Origin: Flectonema sp. DT1601
Lineage: Eukaryota
Assembly: GCA_964019425.1 (NCBI GenBank)
Contig: OZ025800.1
Span: forward strand, 248,001-312,000
DNA: 64,000 bases
Reading direction: 5' to 3'
Made by a program: the position numbers and the translations under genes. Below, one piece after another: positions 48,412 to 60,793 of the stretch. Every line of letters begins with the position of its first letter. The stretch's first letter is position 1. Under the pieces are notes generated by a model. That model did not search any database, was not told where the DNA came from, and saw only the letters and a list, made by a program, of their open reading frames with translations.

Positions 48412-48936
48412 CTTAAGGTACTGAGTGATGAATAACAATTGAATGCTACTGTGACCGATATCGATAAATATACTAAAAAGGAATTAATAACTGTAACAAC
48501 CACTTCATATTTTTTTTTCCCCTCCTCCCCCCCAAACCTGAGAGACTAAAATAGACCATCAACCACATCCATCACTGAAAGGAAAACGAACTAAATCACG
48601 AACCAGAACAACAGTACAAGTAATACAATAAAATAAAGAACTAAAGACAGATAGCCTTATAAAACATTTCGTGTAGAGTAGACTTGGGTAATCCACTACA
48701 CAAGTGAAATGAACGATAACACAACACAGCAAACAAAGGCAAGAACCCTAGAATATTAAATCTGTGTAGGATAACAGAGGAATTGAATCCGCGAAAGAAA
48801 AGAAAAAATACAAAATAACTACTTACAATTAATTATAATAAATGAGAGAGAGAGAGCTTGTCGAGCTACCAAACAGGCAGTAGTGATCTTATCAGTCTTC
48901 ACCTGTAGTGTCTCAACAGTACTCTCACTCAATATG

Positions 48937-50808
48937 TTAAACTGACTGTTGTTGTAACCTAGCAACACGTCGCTCTTTTATAGTCATTGGACGATATGTT
49001 CGGAAGGAGGCGGGTCTTCCTGGTTTGGTCAACTCCGGAGGAAGAAGTGGAATAATAGAAAGTTCATTTAGACATTGTTCTTCATCAGACTCAGATGCAC
49101 GAATTTGGTCTAAAGTTGCCATTAGTGCTCTCTCAGTTTGTTGATTTCTTTGTGCCAAATCTTGCAATGCATCATCCTGTACAGCTGTTGTGATATTATG
49201 ATTTGTTAAGGTAGCTTCTTGTATTTCATCATAGTTTGCATTTGATTCATAGGTGTGTTTTCTTTCATATTGTGGATCAGCAAAATGAACACTCGTTGGA
49301 CTTTCAGCGGGTGATTGCTGGAATGGTGAGTTTATGCCACGGTTCGATTCCACGTATGGCATCCTCCTGAGTGAACTAACGGGATGTTGTTCAACAATAG
49401 GAGAACTCTGTTGTTGAGAAGTATGTGGTTGTAGACCTCCACTCGAGATTGAGTCTTGGATATTATTAACTTCTTCAAGACCTAATTCAATGTGTGGACA
49501 ACAAGTCAACTTGTCACTAGAACCAACAACAACATCTTCTTCAGGTAAGACATTCAAGGAAGGTTCATCTTCTACTTTACATTCCTTGACTACAATCTCT
49601 TGAATATTTGACGCCTTGACTTCCTGAACTTCTGTTGTTTTAAGAGGGTCACTGCCAATGAGTTTAGGTTTTTCAGTTTGATCTTCAGTTGGTTCAGTCT
49701 CTTCAGGAGTTGTTTCCTTTGGTGCGAATGTCAGTTTTATAGACACCTCGTTCTTAAACCTGCTCATATCATCTTTATTATTAACATTGTAGTCGTTAAT
49801 TGCTATTATTTTTCGTTCAGTGAATGGAGAGGCTCCAGAACTGTCGGCAGCCATATCAGGAGTAACACTAGAGAGAGCCATGTCTTCACTTATTGATATC
49901 CCAATCTCATCAGCAGGCTGTTTCGTAATAGTTATGGTTTCTTCACCATCAGTCGGTGAGTGTTTCTCTAATGGAGGTAACGTTATACAAAGTGGTATAG
50001 AAACTAATTCTCTCGTATTGTTTGAGTATTCTGCCAATGCCGTAATTGCCTTACCGTTAACATGAGTTATTTTCCCTCCAACGAATCTCCCGGCTGATGC
50101 CTTTTCAGCAGGCGAATTGCTGCTTATGCGAAGAATAGTTAGGTCTGGTGAGATAACGAGACCTGGAGAGTTACCCTTGTTTGGCAATTCTATTGTTATA
50201 TCTGGTTTTTTAGAATTTATTTGAAATCCCTCTCGCTGGGCTCTAGTCCTGGCTCTGAGCTCTTCTAGGTTGGTTCCACTTTTCATTGCTTTTAAGTACC
50301 CTTTTGGATCTTGGCTCTTTCTTTTCTTAAAGTCATACAACTGTTTCGCATCTTCACTACTCTTAAGTAGGCAAATGGGAAGTGGACCCGGAGGGGTCGC
50401 TAAATAAAAGCGACATTTATTAAGGATTTCTAACACACGCCAAGGGTCTTCTGATGTGTCTCTAAACACTAACGTTGACTCACCTGTGATTGATAAAATA
50501 AACTCAACGCCATTAGCTAAAGGTCTGTATGATGCTTTCTCTATACTCCAATGCTTGACTACTCGTGATATTTTTCCATTTTTCAGTGCAACGATCAAAT
50601 ACGATGCCTTTAACAAAATCAATCGTTCGTAAATTTTTGTCCCTCCAGAACCTGTCACTTTTTCTACATTCGCAAGCTGAAATAACGTTCCTCCTTTACC
50701 AAAGTTTTTCTGTATTAGTCCTCCGAAGTGATTTATGTTAATTGGTTTCGGAATATCAACCGTTGAAGGCATTGTTGTATCATCTGGTCCTGGTGAGTAT
50801 CCAGGCAT
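48937..50808 (-). CDS. Protein with N-terminal PH-like region and two PDZ-like domains
   Basis: PGLVISPDLTILRISSNSPAEKA...ITHVNG and IGISISEDMALSSVTPDMAADSSG...IIAIND match the PDZ pattern; the PH-like call is weak. Confidence 0.7.
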   Translation of the reverse strand: MPGYSPGPDDTTMPSTVDIPKPININHFGGLIQKNFGKGGTLFQLANVEKVTGSGGTKIYERLILLKASYLIVALKNGKISRVVKHWSIEKASYRPLANGVEFILSITGESTLVFRDTSEDPWRVLEILNKCRFYLATPPGPLPICLLKSSEDAKQLYDFKKRKSQDPKGYLKAMKSGTNLEELRARTRAQREGFQINSKKPDITIELPNKGNSPGLVISPDLTILRISSNSPAEKASAGRFVGGKITHVNGKAITALAEYSNNTRELVSIPLCITLPPLEKHSPTDGEETITITKQPADEIGISISEDMALSSVTPDMAADSSGASPFTERKIIAINDYNVNNKDDMSRFKNEVSIKLTFAPKETTPEETEPTEDQTEKPKLIGSDPLKTTEVQEVKASNIQEIVVKECKVEDEPSLNVLPEEDVVVGSSDKLTCCPHIELGLEEVNNIQDSISSGGLQPHTSQQQSSPIVEQHPVSSLRRMPYVESNRGINSPFQQSPAESPTSVHFADPQYERKHTYESNANYDEIQEATLTNHNITTAVQDDALQDLAQRNQQTERALMATLDQIRASESDEEQCLNELSIIPLLPPELTKPGRPASFRTYRPMTIKERRVARLQQQSV

Positions 50809-51708
50809 TGTTTTTAAATTGAGTTACCACCCAACTACTGTTGGTGTTCTTATACAATCACCTGTGATGGGAATTATTAGTTTGGTATACAAGAAAAAGA
50901 CAATCACACAAAAAATCAAAATAGCTTGACAAGGTACAGTAGTGACAATAGTTTTCTGTTCCTCAGAATTCTCCCTGACAATTTGACACGGCACGATCCT
51001 AAAGTAATGAACCAAAATAATAAAATATGAAAAGTAGCAAAAAAAAAAAAAACCATTCAGATTAGCCTTATATTTCGTTGCATGCAGACAGAATCCTGTC
51101 GCACGGGAGAAAATAAATCACAAAAGAAATTACGGCTTTCAATCTGAATAGTTTCTTCCGACTACGTCAGTACAAAAAAAAAAAGGGGGAAAAACAAGGC
51201 AATACAAAACAATAAACATAAACAGAATTCTAAGAGAGGGACCAGTAAGATTCGATACTAAATATTATGAAGACATTTACTTCACTCAGGTAGAACACAT
51301 TAATTAGAGTACCGAGAAAACACTAATACCATTTCATTCCCTCTCTCTCTCTATAGAGTGAACAGAGATACGATAGTGATCACCTCCAATCAAAACGGAG
51401 AAGAAACATCCGATGTGTACATCTCGGAGTGAATTAGCTTTTTAGCAACAGAACGAAGAAAACAGAAAGTCTACACAAGAGTCAACCTTTCGGTCAGGAG
51501 ACGTACCGCTTTCGTAATAACCAAACCTTGCGGCAGGCATAAAAAAGATTTTCTGCTTCTTTCTACCTGTCCGGGCAATTTCAAAAAGCAAAAAATAAAA
51601 AAATACAAAACACAAAAAAAATGAACTGTGAAAGGCAGGGAGAACAGGAAATATAATAAAACCTCACAACAGTAATAACAATAAAGAAGGTACATTGTTA
51701 CACTTCTC

Positions 51709-53541
51709 TTAGAAACTGATACTCTTTCTTCTTGGTGGCTTTGGTGAGCCAGAGTATCCCATCGCGTCGTTTAACTTAATTAGTTCAGCTGCTTCACTTT
51801 CACGACCTCCTTTGAATAAAGCTTCCGAAAGTAATGATCGTACTTTACAAACAGACAAGCTTGATGGAGTAAACTGTTCACTCATTTCTGATAATAAGTT
51901 TTCAAATATTACGACACTCTCGTGATATGATTCACTTTTAAAGAGAGCAATCCCAAGACCTTGTTTAGCATCCTGAAGTACTTCACCACTAATACCTAAT
52001 CTTAGTCCACTGTGAACAACTTCCTTATAGTGGATCTTAGCCCCAACCCAGTTACGTGCTGCCGATGATAGCATTCCCAGACCCATAAACGACCAGATTA
52101 GCTGTTTTAGTTTGATGTCATGTGAAGTTCAAGGAAAGTACTACAGGGAGGTATGAAATAATAATAAAAAAGTACAAACCGATTCAGTGCTCTCTCCAAA
52201 CTTCTCTTGTCGGGTGCGGAGGACGGTAAAATGGAGTTTTTCGGCATCAGAAAATCTACCAAGACGCTCCTTTTTAGATGCCTGTCGCAGAAGATCTTCA
52301 ACGAGAGATCCTCCTCCACCTCTAAAGGAAGTTTCTGATGCATTGGTGAAGGATACAACTTCATCAAGTGAAACGAGAGATGTATTTGGTCGAGCAGTTA
52401 AAGGTGATTGAACAACTGAAGAGCTGCGTTTCTTGTAACTACCGCTACGCGATAACTGTTGTGACACTGGTGTGTTAGATCTGCTAGAGCGAACACTTCG
52501 TGATCTTGGACAGCTGCTACTTCTTGTAATTCCGTAGACACCATCAAGTAGTCGAGATTGTATCTTATCATATCCAAGTTTAGATTTTAATACTTTGTGC
52601 TCTTTTAAAAATTTATCTTTTCTCTTCTTTGGAATCTCCAACTCCTCAGTTGGCGGGGTTACCACTTTCGGTTCTTGATAACGAGGCTGTGCTCTGTCAT
52701 ATCCATTTACTTGATTAAGTCTCGAATGTAGTGACAAGAAGTCAGCATGTCTCTGAGGAAGTGGTGTTCCAGTTCCAACAGCTTTCGGTTTCGACATCGA
52801 TGGAAGAAGATATCTTGGCTCTACATTTTGATAAGTACTATTTATCGGGTGCTTTACCTTTCCAAGTAACGGCGCTACCTTCTTTGGTGCCGGCTTTGCA
52901 CTTTCAACAGCAGTTGGTGGAGTCCGTTGACCTGCTGATGTCGGTGAAGGAGTCTCCCAGGACCTAATAGGTTGTGGTGGTGGTGGTGGTGGGGGAAGCA
53001 CTAATTCTCTTTTTTTAGTTCCGATGGGAAAGTAGCGCTCGTGCTTTCCATCACTTGTTTGTCTATAAACGGTTGGACCTTCACGGGGTGAGACACGCGA
53101 AAGCTGTGATGGTGAAAAGGCAGCGGGGCTCTCACGGGGGGATACATGTGAATGTTGCGCCTCCGGCGAGTATCGAACTTGAGGTGTTTCAGGTCTGTTT
53201 GGACTGTCAGAAGCTGCGAAGTTCCCGCCTCCATGGACAGGACTCAAGCGAAACAGTGACGAAACGTATGTGGGTTCTTCTTCTCGTCCTTCTGATATTT
53301 GTTGTTCTCGTTGATGATGTCTTTCAGTTCTGGGAGGTGTCGATATTTCGTTGCACTCTTGCAAAATTTTCTTCGCCTCTTCTCCCTGCATCTTAGCCTT
53401 CTTCAATTCCCTTTCAATGTTCTCCATCGCTCTCTGGATTCGATCATCATCAACGTGTCTCGTGTTGTAAACTTTTCTTTGAAAGTCTTCATTCCCGCAG
53501 TCTAACTGGTTCTCATGAAGATGATCCTCGACGAGTGACAT
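51709..53541 (-). CDS. Low-complexity protein with C-terminal TPR-like repeats; exons 53541-52180 and 52101-51709
   Basis: Intron removal gives ...FGESTES-LIWSFMGLGML...; helical repeats such as GRFSDAEKLHFTVLRTRQEKFG. Confidence 0.72.
52102..52179 (-). other. Spliceosomal intron (78 nt)
   Basis: GTTTGT...AAAACAG; joins two ORFs in frame. Confidence 0.8.
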
Positions 53542-53984
53542 TTAAATATTTTAACTTCCTATGAGAATAATAATAAAAACATTCGGACCCATCACTTCAC
53601 TCATAGATCATCAAGTAAATATGAAGTACAGTACAAGATAATCAGATACATGACAAGTGTAAATAATAAAGAGATTAAATAACAAACAATAATAAATTGG
53701 ATGAGTTGTTGTTTTACAACACTTCGTCACATGGTAATGTCACAACTACGACTAAAACAGGCACCAGAAAGCTGAAGTGAATCGCTTGTTTTAAAAAAAA
53801 GAAACAACAACAGAGCGTGTTTTCGTCTTCGCTAAATACCTTTTCCGTAAAAAAATAACAAAAAGCAATTATTCGATGCTCACGAAGAATAAACTAAGTG
53901 ACATATCGGGGGATTAACCCGCACGGGGGATTAACCACATAAAATACAAATGTATTGTATCATAAATAACACAACGATAATTTA

Positions 53985-54248
53985 ACATTAGTTTTAGATA
54001 CAGTGACTAAAGGTAATGTTAGTGTAGTCATACACTCTGCAATTAACTATTAACAATAAATGTTTCTAACTTAGCTGCATACACATCTCTTTTTCCGTGT
54101 TGTCATTCAGTGCAGTACGGAATCGAGTTATTCAATTACAAATTAATCGTGAGCCCTGGGAAACCAAAACCAGGGTATAATGTAATACGGCAGAGAGTAG
54201 GTTTCACCTACGAATTACTTGCTTAAATCAGCAATTCTTTGAAAAAAA
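53985..54248. repeat. Dispersed non-coding element, copy C (most complete), directly downstream of the 54260 stop codon
   Basis: Matches copies at 36115 and 32950; internal inverted repeats. Confidence 0.9.
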
Positions 54249-54259
54249 CAAAAAAAACA

Positions 54260-56543
54260 TCATGAATGTATACTTGAGGTTCGTGGCTTAAGAGAAGTCA
54301 ATACTGAAGGTTGTTTAGGTGCTTTGTTGAATTTGCTGCTACTCATTCCTCTCTTTTTTGTTAGTTTTGATTTTCTCTTTGCTGACGGTTGAGATGTCGC
54401 TGTCGGTAATAAGATGATCGGGTCGTCTGTTTCTTTTTCTAATTCATCATCAGACCCTTCTGATTCTGTTTCCATCCCAATATCAAGAGCGGGGTTCCAT
54501 TTGTTTTCACCTCCTGTTGGATCAGGTCCTTGTCGCTTAACAAAGAGACGAGCAAATACATTTTGAAAATCAGCGAATGGTATTTGCAAATCTTCCATTT
54601 CCCCAGGAGGAGGGTATCGGGTTATTTTTGCAACTGCTGCGAGTGTCTTGTCAAGTATCGGCTCTATTGAAGGATCAATTCGTAGCCACGCACTTCTAAT
54701 ATGATCCCACGTCACGAACTCATCAACAGCAAGCTCATGAACAGACTCACAAATATCAGCAATATAAGCTTGAACAGCATGTAAATGTTGATCTCTTAAT
54801 TCCTCGACGAATTCACCTTGATTACCATGTTTATCAGACGCAAACAATGTTAAGTAAGGAACCTCATCAGTCACACAATCTCTCTTTAACGATTCACACA
54901 GAGCTTGATATCTCCATGATGTCAGCATAGATATGGTACCCCCGCTTATGATTTCTGTTTATGATTAATGTTTTTGACAGGTTACACACCCCACTTGTAT
55001 GCAGAGGGTTTTTCAAGGTAGAAAGGTCCAACATTCTGTGCAGGAAGCAATGGATTCAAAACACAAATGGAGAGGTGTTCTGCTATAAATATATAATAAT
55101 CAATCACGTACCTTTAATATCAGCGTGTGTCAGGTATCCTGTCGCAGAGTCGTTTAGCTCGATGTCCCTTTCCTCAAAGGCTGCACGAAGTTCTGATAGT
55201 AACTGTAGCTGATCAAGCCATACTTCTTCAGGGACTTCTTCGCGAAGGATGGCAAGGAAAAGCTCACAATCGGCGTCTGCCTTGTATCGTTCTGCAGAAT
55301 AGATGAGAGAATAAGCTTTTTCTGATCTCCGTTGTGGATCACACGGTACCAACTGCTCCATATACACTCCAAAAAAGGTAGATAAAGAAGTGACGCCATG
55401 GTTGATTTCGTAATGGAGTTTCTCTTTCCAAACGTCTCCAATTATGCGTTCTAGTTCTCCCTTTTTGATTTTTCGATTTTTTAATTTTCCGTGCCAGCGA
55501 AGGTATTTAGGTAAATGAAGACCATTACCCTTTCCAATAAAACTATCTACCCAGGTGTCATCATCAGGGTTATCTGTTTGGGAGAGTTGTCCCCCCCCAG
55601 CCATCTGCATAAGTTGCAGCTGTGCTGAGACTGTTTTGTACTCGGCGTCCACTCGCTTTAGTAATATTTTATTGTCGTCGAGTTTTTGCTCGAGTGCAAT
55701 CCGAGATTTCTCTCCTTTCTCCAATTCTTCTCGATGTTGTTTTTTTAATGCCTCTAACTGATCGATAACGTTTCCTCCTTCGATTTCAGCTTCCCGAAGT
55801 CTCTCTATTTCATCGAGAAGCTTCATGTGTCGCTCACCAATTTTTCTTTCATCAGCTTCAGCATAGGCGTCATTTATAGATTGAAGTTGGATATTCTTTT
55901 CTGTCGCTTTCACTAATTCTGATTTGACTCGAGTTGTTTCTAAAGTCAGTTCTCTGTGTTGAGCTTTTACATCTTCTATCTCTTGTTGAAGACGTTGGAT
56001 ACGTTCATCTTGATCTTCAGTTACTTGTTGTAGTCTTGAAGACTCTTGAACACTAGAAGATAGTTCTCTCTTTACTTCAGAAAGCTCTTCTTTTAGTACT
56101 CGTTGATGTCGCTTTACACTAACATCACGTTGATGTGCGAAGTGTGTTTCTGTTAAGTTATTCCATAGTTGTGGAGGTTGTTTTTTAACAGAACTGTGAC
56201 TTCGGAGAGGTTGTCCATTATCAATATGTTCTTGAAGCATTCTGGTCCTTTCATCTTCTAGTAGACTCCACAAGGAACCGTACCTATCAGTGTTTCTTGA
56301 TATCACCTGTAGACATTCTCTAAAAACTTGTAATGGAGAATACGATGCAATGTCTTGTCTCAATCTCTCTCTAGCTAATCGTTCCTCCAACAAGATTCTA
56401 GTTGATTTACTATCATAAGAAGTCTCGTTCGTGTGTCTTCGTGAAGGCGTTCCTTCAGGTGGTATTGGCGCTCTACCTGTCACATGTGAAGTACGACTCA
56501 ACAGTGGAAGTTCCCGTCTTAGATAAAGCTCTGGCGAGTGCAT
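54260..56543 (-). CDS. TSNAXIP1: Translin-associated factor X-interacting protein 1-like (coiled coil plus conserved C-terminal domain); exons 56543-55112 and 54954-54260
   Basis: FIGKGNGLHLPKYLRWHGKLKNR, IWKEK-like DVWKEK, AYSLIYSAERYKADADCELFLAIL, QGEFVEELRDQ. Confidence 0.72.
54955..55111 (-). other. Spliceosomal intron (157 nt)
   Basis: GTACGT...ATAAACAG; gives ADIKE-IISGGTISMLTSW in frame. Confidence 0.75.
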
Positions 56544-56869
56544 ATTATTACAGCAACTGAACAAACAAAAGAATTAATTTAATTGTGATGTTTATAAATA
56601 AACAGTAGCGTCCTTAAGAAGAAAATTACATAAAAAGAAAAAAGAAAAAAAGAACAGCAAAAGATGAACATTAAAATACAGGATTTGTTGCAGGCAATCT
56701 AAAATAATTGTATAAAAAGAAGAAAAAAAAAACGGAAACAGAGCTTGTATCAGATAATCTACAGCAATGTGCTAAGTCAGAAGTAACAAAACTGATGACA
56801 TAATCCAGAAGCAAATAATACAACAGATTTGAGGCAATGTTCACTCCGAGAAGATATCGTGTGATGAGT

Positions 56870-59800
56870 TTATGCTTCACTACTATCACGTTCATGTATA
56901 ATGGAACCAAGTATTCTTGGTTCTAGTATATGCTCTGGAAGAACTGGTTCCAACATAAGCCTTTGAGACAGTGGAACCCATTCACCTTCAGCTGTACGAG
57001 CTCCTCTTAAAGGAGATATTGATGGTTCAGGTATACTTTCTTTAGGGAACTTTTTAATATCTGTAGTAGCGAGAGTATTGAGTGCCTGCTTGGCCGTCCG
57101 CTTCTTTTCCCATTCGGAAGTGCGGCGACGCTTTTCCGACTCAGCCTTCTTTTTAGCAGTCTCATGAGCTTCTTGTTGAGTCCTCCATTCGATGTTTTTA
57201 GCCTTGCGAAGTGCATCGTCCTGACGTTTGCGTTCGCCGTCCAGAGACTTTTCCTGACGAAGTTTCTTGAGTTCAGCGCGTTGACGCATTTTGATGAGTG
57301 TGGCCTCGTCGTGTTCCTTTCGAAGTTGAAGTTCGTGGGATACCTTTTCTTGCATGTGTCTGCGTTCGGTATCTAATTTATCTTCGACTTGCTTCATGAG
57401 TGAGCGCTCTACGGACTCCCATTCCCATTCTTCTCGTTTATTTTCTTGAATCGTTTTGTCTCTTTCTGCGACTCGCTCTCTCCTTTGTCGGTCTCTATCA
57501 TCCTTCGATTTCTTATCTTCAAAACCTTTTTGCCTCGCCTCCAATAACATTCTCTTGGTCTCCTTCGCACGATCTTCTTTTTCTATCCGCCTCATTTCTA
57601 ATTCTCTTTTTCGCTTTTCTTCTGTCAGTCTTTTTTCAAAAGTAAGCTGTCGCTTCTTATCAAAAGTTTCTACGCGTTGTCTTGCAATTGAGGAAGCATT
57701 CAAGATACTGTTTTGTGTTGTTTGTTTTGGAATAAATGGTACGAAAGAAACATAATTATATTTAATCATACGTAGTCTTGGTCATGTTGTTGATACTGTT
57801 GTTGTGTTGAAACAGTCGCTGTGATACTTTAGTAGCTAGCTTATCGTAAGTTACTTCAAAAGAGCTGGAAGAGCATATCGATTCTGACGGTTCATTCCTA
57901 CGGACTTCACGATACTCTTGGAAGTGTTGATCTCGAATAGTCTTCAGTGATCTGATGTAATTAGTTTCAAGCATCATTCTCTTTTTCCCTTCAGCTTCTT
58001 GAAGTGAATTAAGAAAAGCTGCCTGTGCCATTGACAACGAATGTTTATTCATTTCAAATAACGAACCTTTTCTCTTACCTTCTACTGAAGTCAGTTTTGA
58101 TCTAGCAGTCGACTCTTGTCGTCTTAATAATTCTCTCTTACTAACTTCAGTTCTTGCAACTGATCGAAGTTCAATCATAATACTCTTAACAGTAACACCT
58201 TTAGGTAGTGTCCGTGCTTTGCACTTTGAAACAGCTAAGTAAGATCTAATGAATGCCTCCAGTACATTAGTGGTTACGGTTATCACGGAGTGGTTCATTT
58301 TTTTACACTCCGATGAACGAAGAAACACCCTAGAAATACCAACCTTGGCAGAAGCAGTTGCATTCAAGACATCTCGAGAAACAGTGTGAGTGGGATCATT
58401 TTCTATGAGTGAAAACTTCTTTTTAAAAGCTGATTTTGATAGTGATAAATCGTGAGAACCTCTAGCTGAATGTAAAATATACATCACACCAAAGTACCGA
58501 AGTTGTTCAATGACAGATGCTCCTGACCAAACTCCTCCAGCACCTGCTGAAAGACATCGCGTCCATGCGATTGAAGATGATTGTACGTTGTTGAATAAAG
58601 CTGCTGTCTTCTTAAGGTATTTAGTTAGCTTTTGAAATCCTGATGCTTTGTTAGAGAATTTTAAACATGGTAAGGTTGCTGATTCAAAAACTGATAAGAC
58701 ATCATCATGTAAACTATTAAACTGATGATGACAACCCGTGATATCATACTTGACAGCTCCGAATGTATGATGAACCACAATCGGTAATTCGTTGTTATTG
58801 TCAGGTGCTGTCGCGTATACCAACGGACTTGTTAGTTTTGTTATATTAGCATGCAGTTCAAAGTCATACGAATGGTTCGCCTTTGTAAAAAGCCCTCTTT
58901 CACTATTAAACAACACTGCTAGCACTTGTTCAGATACTGGTCCAGGTGGACGAGGTAAACCAACATAGGCCTCCGCATTGTTGAGTTCTAAGGTACTTTC
59001 TAATCTAGGTTTTGTTATAACATCAGATCGATATCTACCCTCAAGCATTTCACAAATAGAATGTCTAAAGAGTTCTTCGACACCGAATCCTGTACCAGAG
59101 AACTCATGTTGCCCTCCAACATTAATAATTGAAATCGTAAACAAAGGAAGGTCATTCGGACTTTCAGATGTTATTTTTGAATTAACGATACTGACGATGT
59201 AATTGAATAACGATTCGTATATTGCGCAGGCAATGCAATCTCGGAGGACTGCTGCCTGATCTGAATTTGCTAGAAGACTGTCAACAGTGAAAGGATCAAT
59301 ACCAATAAGCCCTGATGCTAATCGAAGTATTGCTGTAGAGGAATGGCTTACTTTATTTGATGTAATTTCAATAGTTGAAAAATGAATAGCAGCTGACACA
59401 GCTCTCCAAATACCATCTTTAGTCTTTTCATCCATTTCAAGTGTGTTCATTAATGACACACAATTAGTATAGTCAGCGGCATCCATCTCTGGGTCTAAGA
59501 ACTCCTCAACATGATCGTTGCCTGTAGAAGCAAGATACTTACTAGCATCGTTAGATGCGACTAACATATAAAGTGGGTTTAGCATTCTCTCTGATTCAGT
59601 TCCGGATAGTATTCGTGAGGCTTCTAGTGCTGCGCAGGTAACATGTGCTGATGATAACTGACCACTTTTTGAATAAGAAAATGACCAAGTTGCTGAAAAA
59701 CAAGGCAACTGTTCACCGCTAGTTGTCAGAGCTGATCCGAAAGTATGAAGAAGAGATGCAGCAGCCTGGAGTTGGTCTGAAAATGTTTTTGTGACGCTTC

Positions 59801-60263
59801 CACATTTTAAGAGTCCTCTAATACAAGAAGATGTGAATGATATTTTATCAGACCCAGCAGTTCCTAACAATGGGATAAGTTGATCACCTTCTCCACTAAG
59901 ACCTCTCCAGTATGCTTCTAACGGTAGTTGAGTTCGAGGATCGATATCTGATTTGAAGTTTAAAGCAATTCGACCAAGTCTCGTAGAAGGTTTTCTCTCA
60001 TCAATAACTCTCTTTCTAAGCCAATGGAGTATCCCTGCTTCATGTAGTATTTCTAAGTCCATTAAATCTGCTTTTGGTCGCAGGCTGCGTTCACTTTCTG
60101 CTGACACACAAACCAGCTCACCTGACATGAAGTTCATCGTCTCACCAGTACGGCAGTCAACTATTGAGCACGTGTCTCCTTCATTTTGAATATCCACAAC
60201 TTTAGCCAAACTCCATATTTGTGAGATTGACGGATAGAAACACAGCGATCCCTTGTCAGGCAT
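56870..60263 (-). CDS. Highly divergent myosin-like protein (SH3-like N-terminus, degenerate motor, charged coiled-coil tail); exons 60263-57772 and 57707-56870
   Basis: DLMDLEILHEAGILHWLRKR, LLHTFGSALT, LEASRI...ERM, RDCIACAIYESLFNYIVSIVN, VHHTFGAVKYD, VIEQLRYFGV, VGISRVFLR are myosin-head landmarks in the correct order. Confidence 0.82.
57708..57771 (-). other. Spliceosomal intron (64 nt)
   Basis: GTATGA...AAAACAG; phase 2, joins head and tail ORFs in frame. Confidence 0.75.
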
Positions 60264-60793
60264 GGGAGGCTGATCCTGTCAGTGCAATTAATTTTTAAAA
60301 AAAGACTTCGACACAAACAGAAGTAGAACACGTAGTTGTGATTTCTTCTTCATGATTCTCCCCCATCCTTTTCATCCTTTTTTTTTTCTTTTTTCCCAAA
60401 AATACCTTATCTCACTAAATCCTGCACTGAAATAACATAAATACAATTCCCATTTTTTGCAATCGTTTTTCAGAATATTTCACAACCAGTTGGTACAGAT
60501 AGAGGGGTGCATACGATCGGATGGTAGCGTTTCTTTTTTACATGAGACACGATGGCCATAACCAAGGGGTAGGTTAACGTATTCGTTCGTAATAGATTTT
60601 TTTTTTTTTTTTTGTGCAACAGTTATTGTCTATGATGTCAATAACTGTACTTATCACTAATAAACTTAAGAGTATTGGGTAAACTCTATAGAGCTACGAA
60701 GCAGCAGCAACGTTAGTAGACCCAGATTGTTATGGTACAGCTCAGGTCTGAACACAGCATGCCATTGCAAGCTTTCTACTGCGTCTGATTGAG

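Noticed and set aside
53985..54248. Group I intron or RNase P identity for the three-copy element (GACTA/TAGTC and GCAGCTAAG on the minus strand)
   Set aside because: Only ~15 nt separate the putative P7 strands, too few for P3' and P8; RNase P conserved regions are not matched
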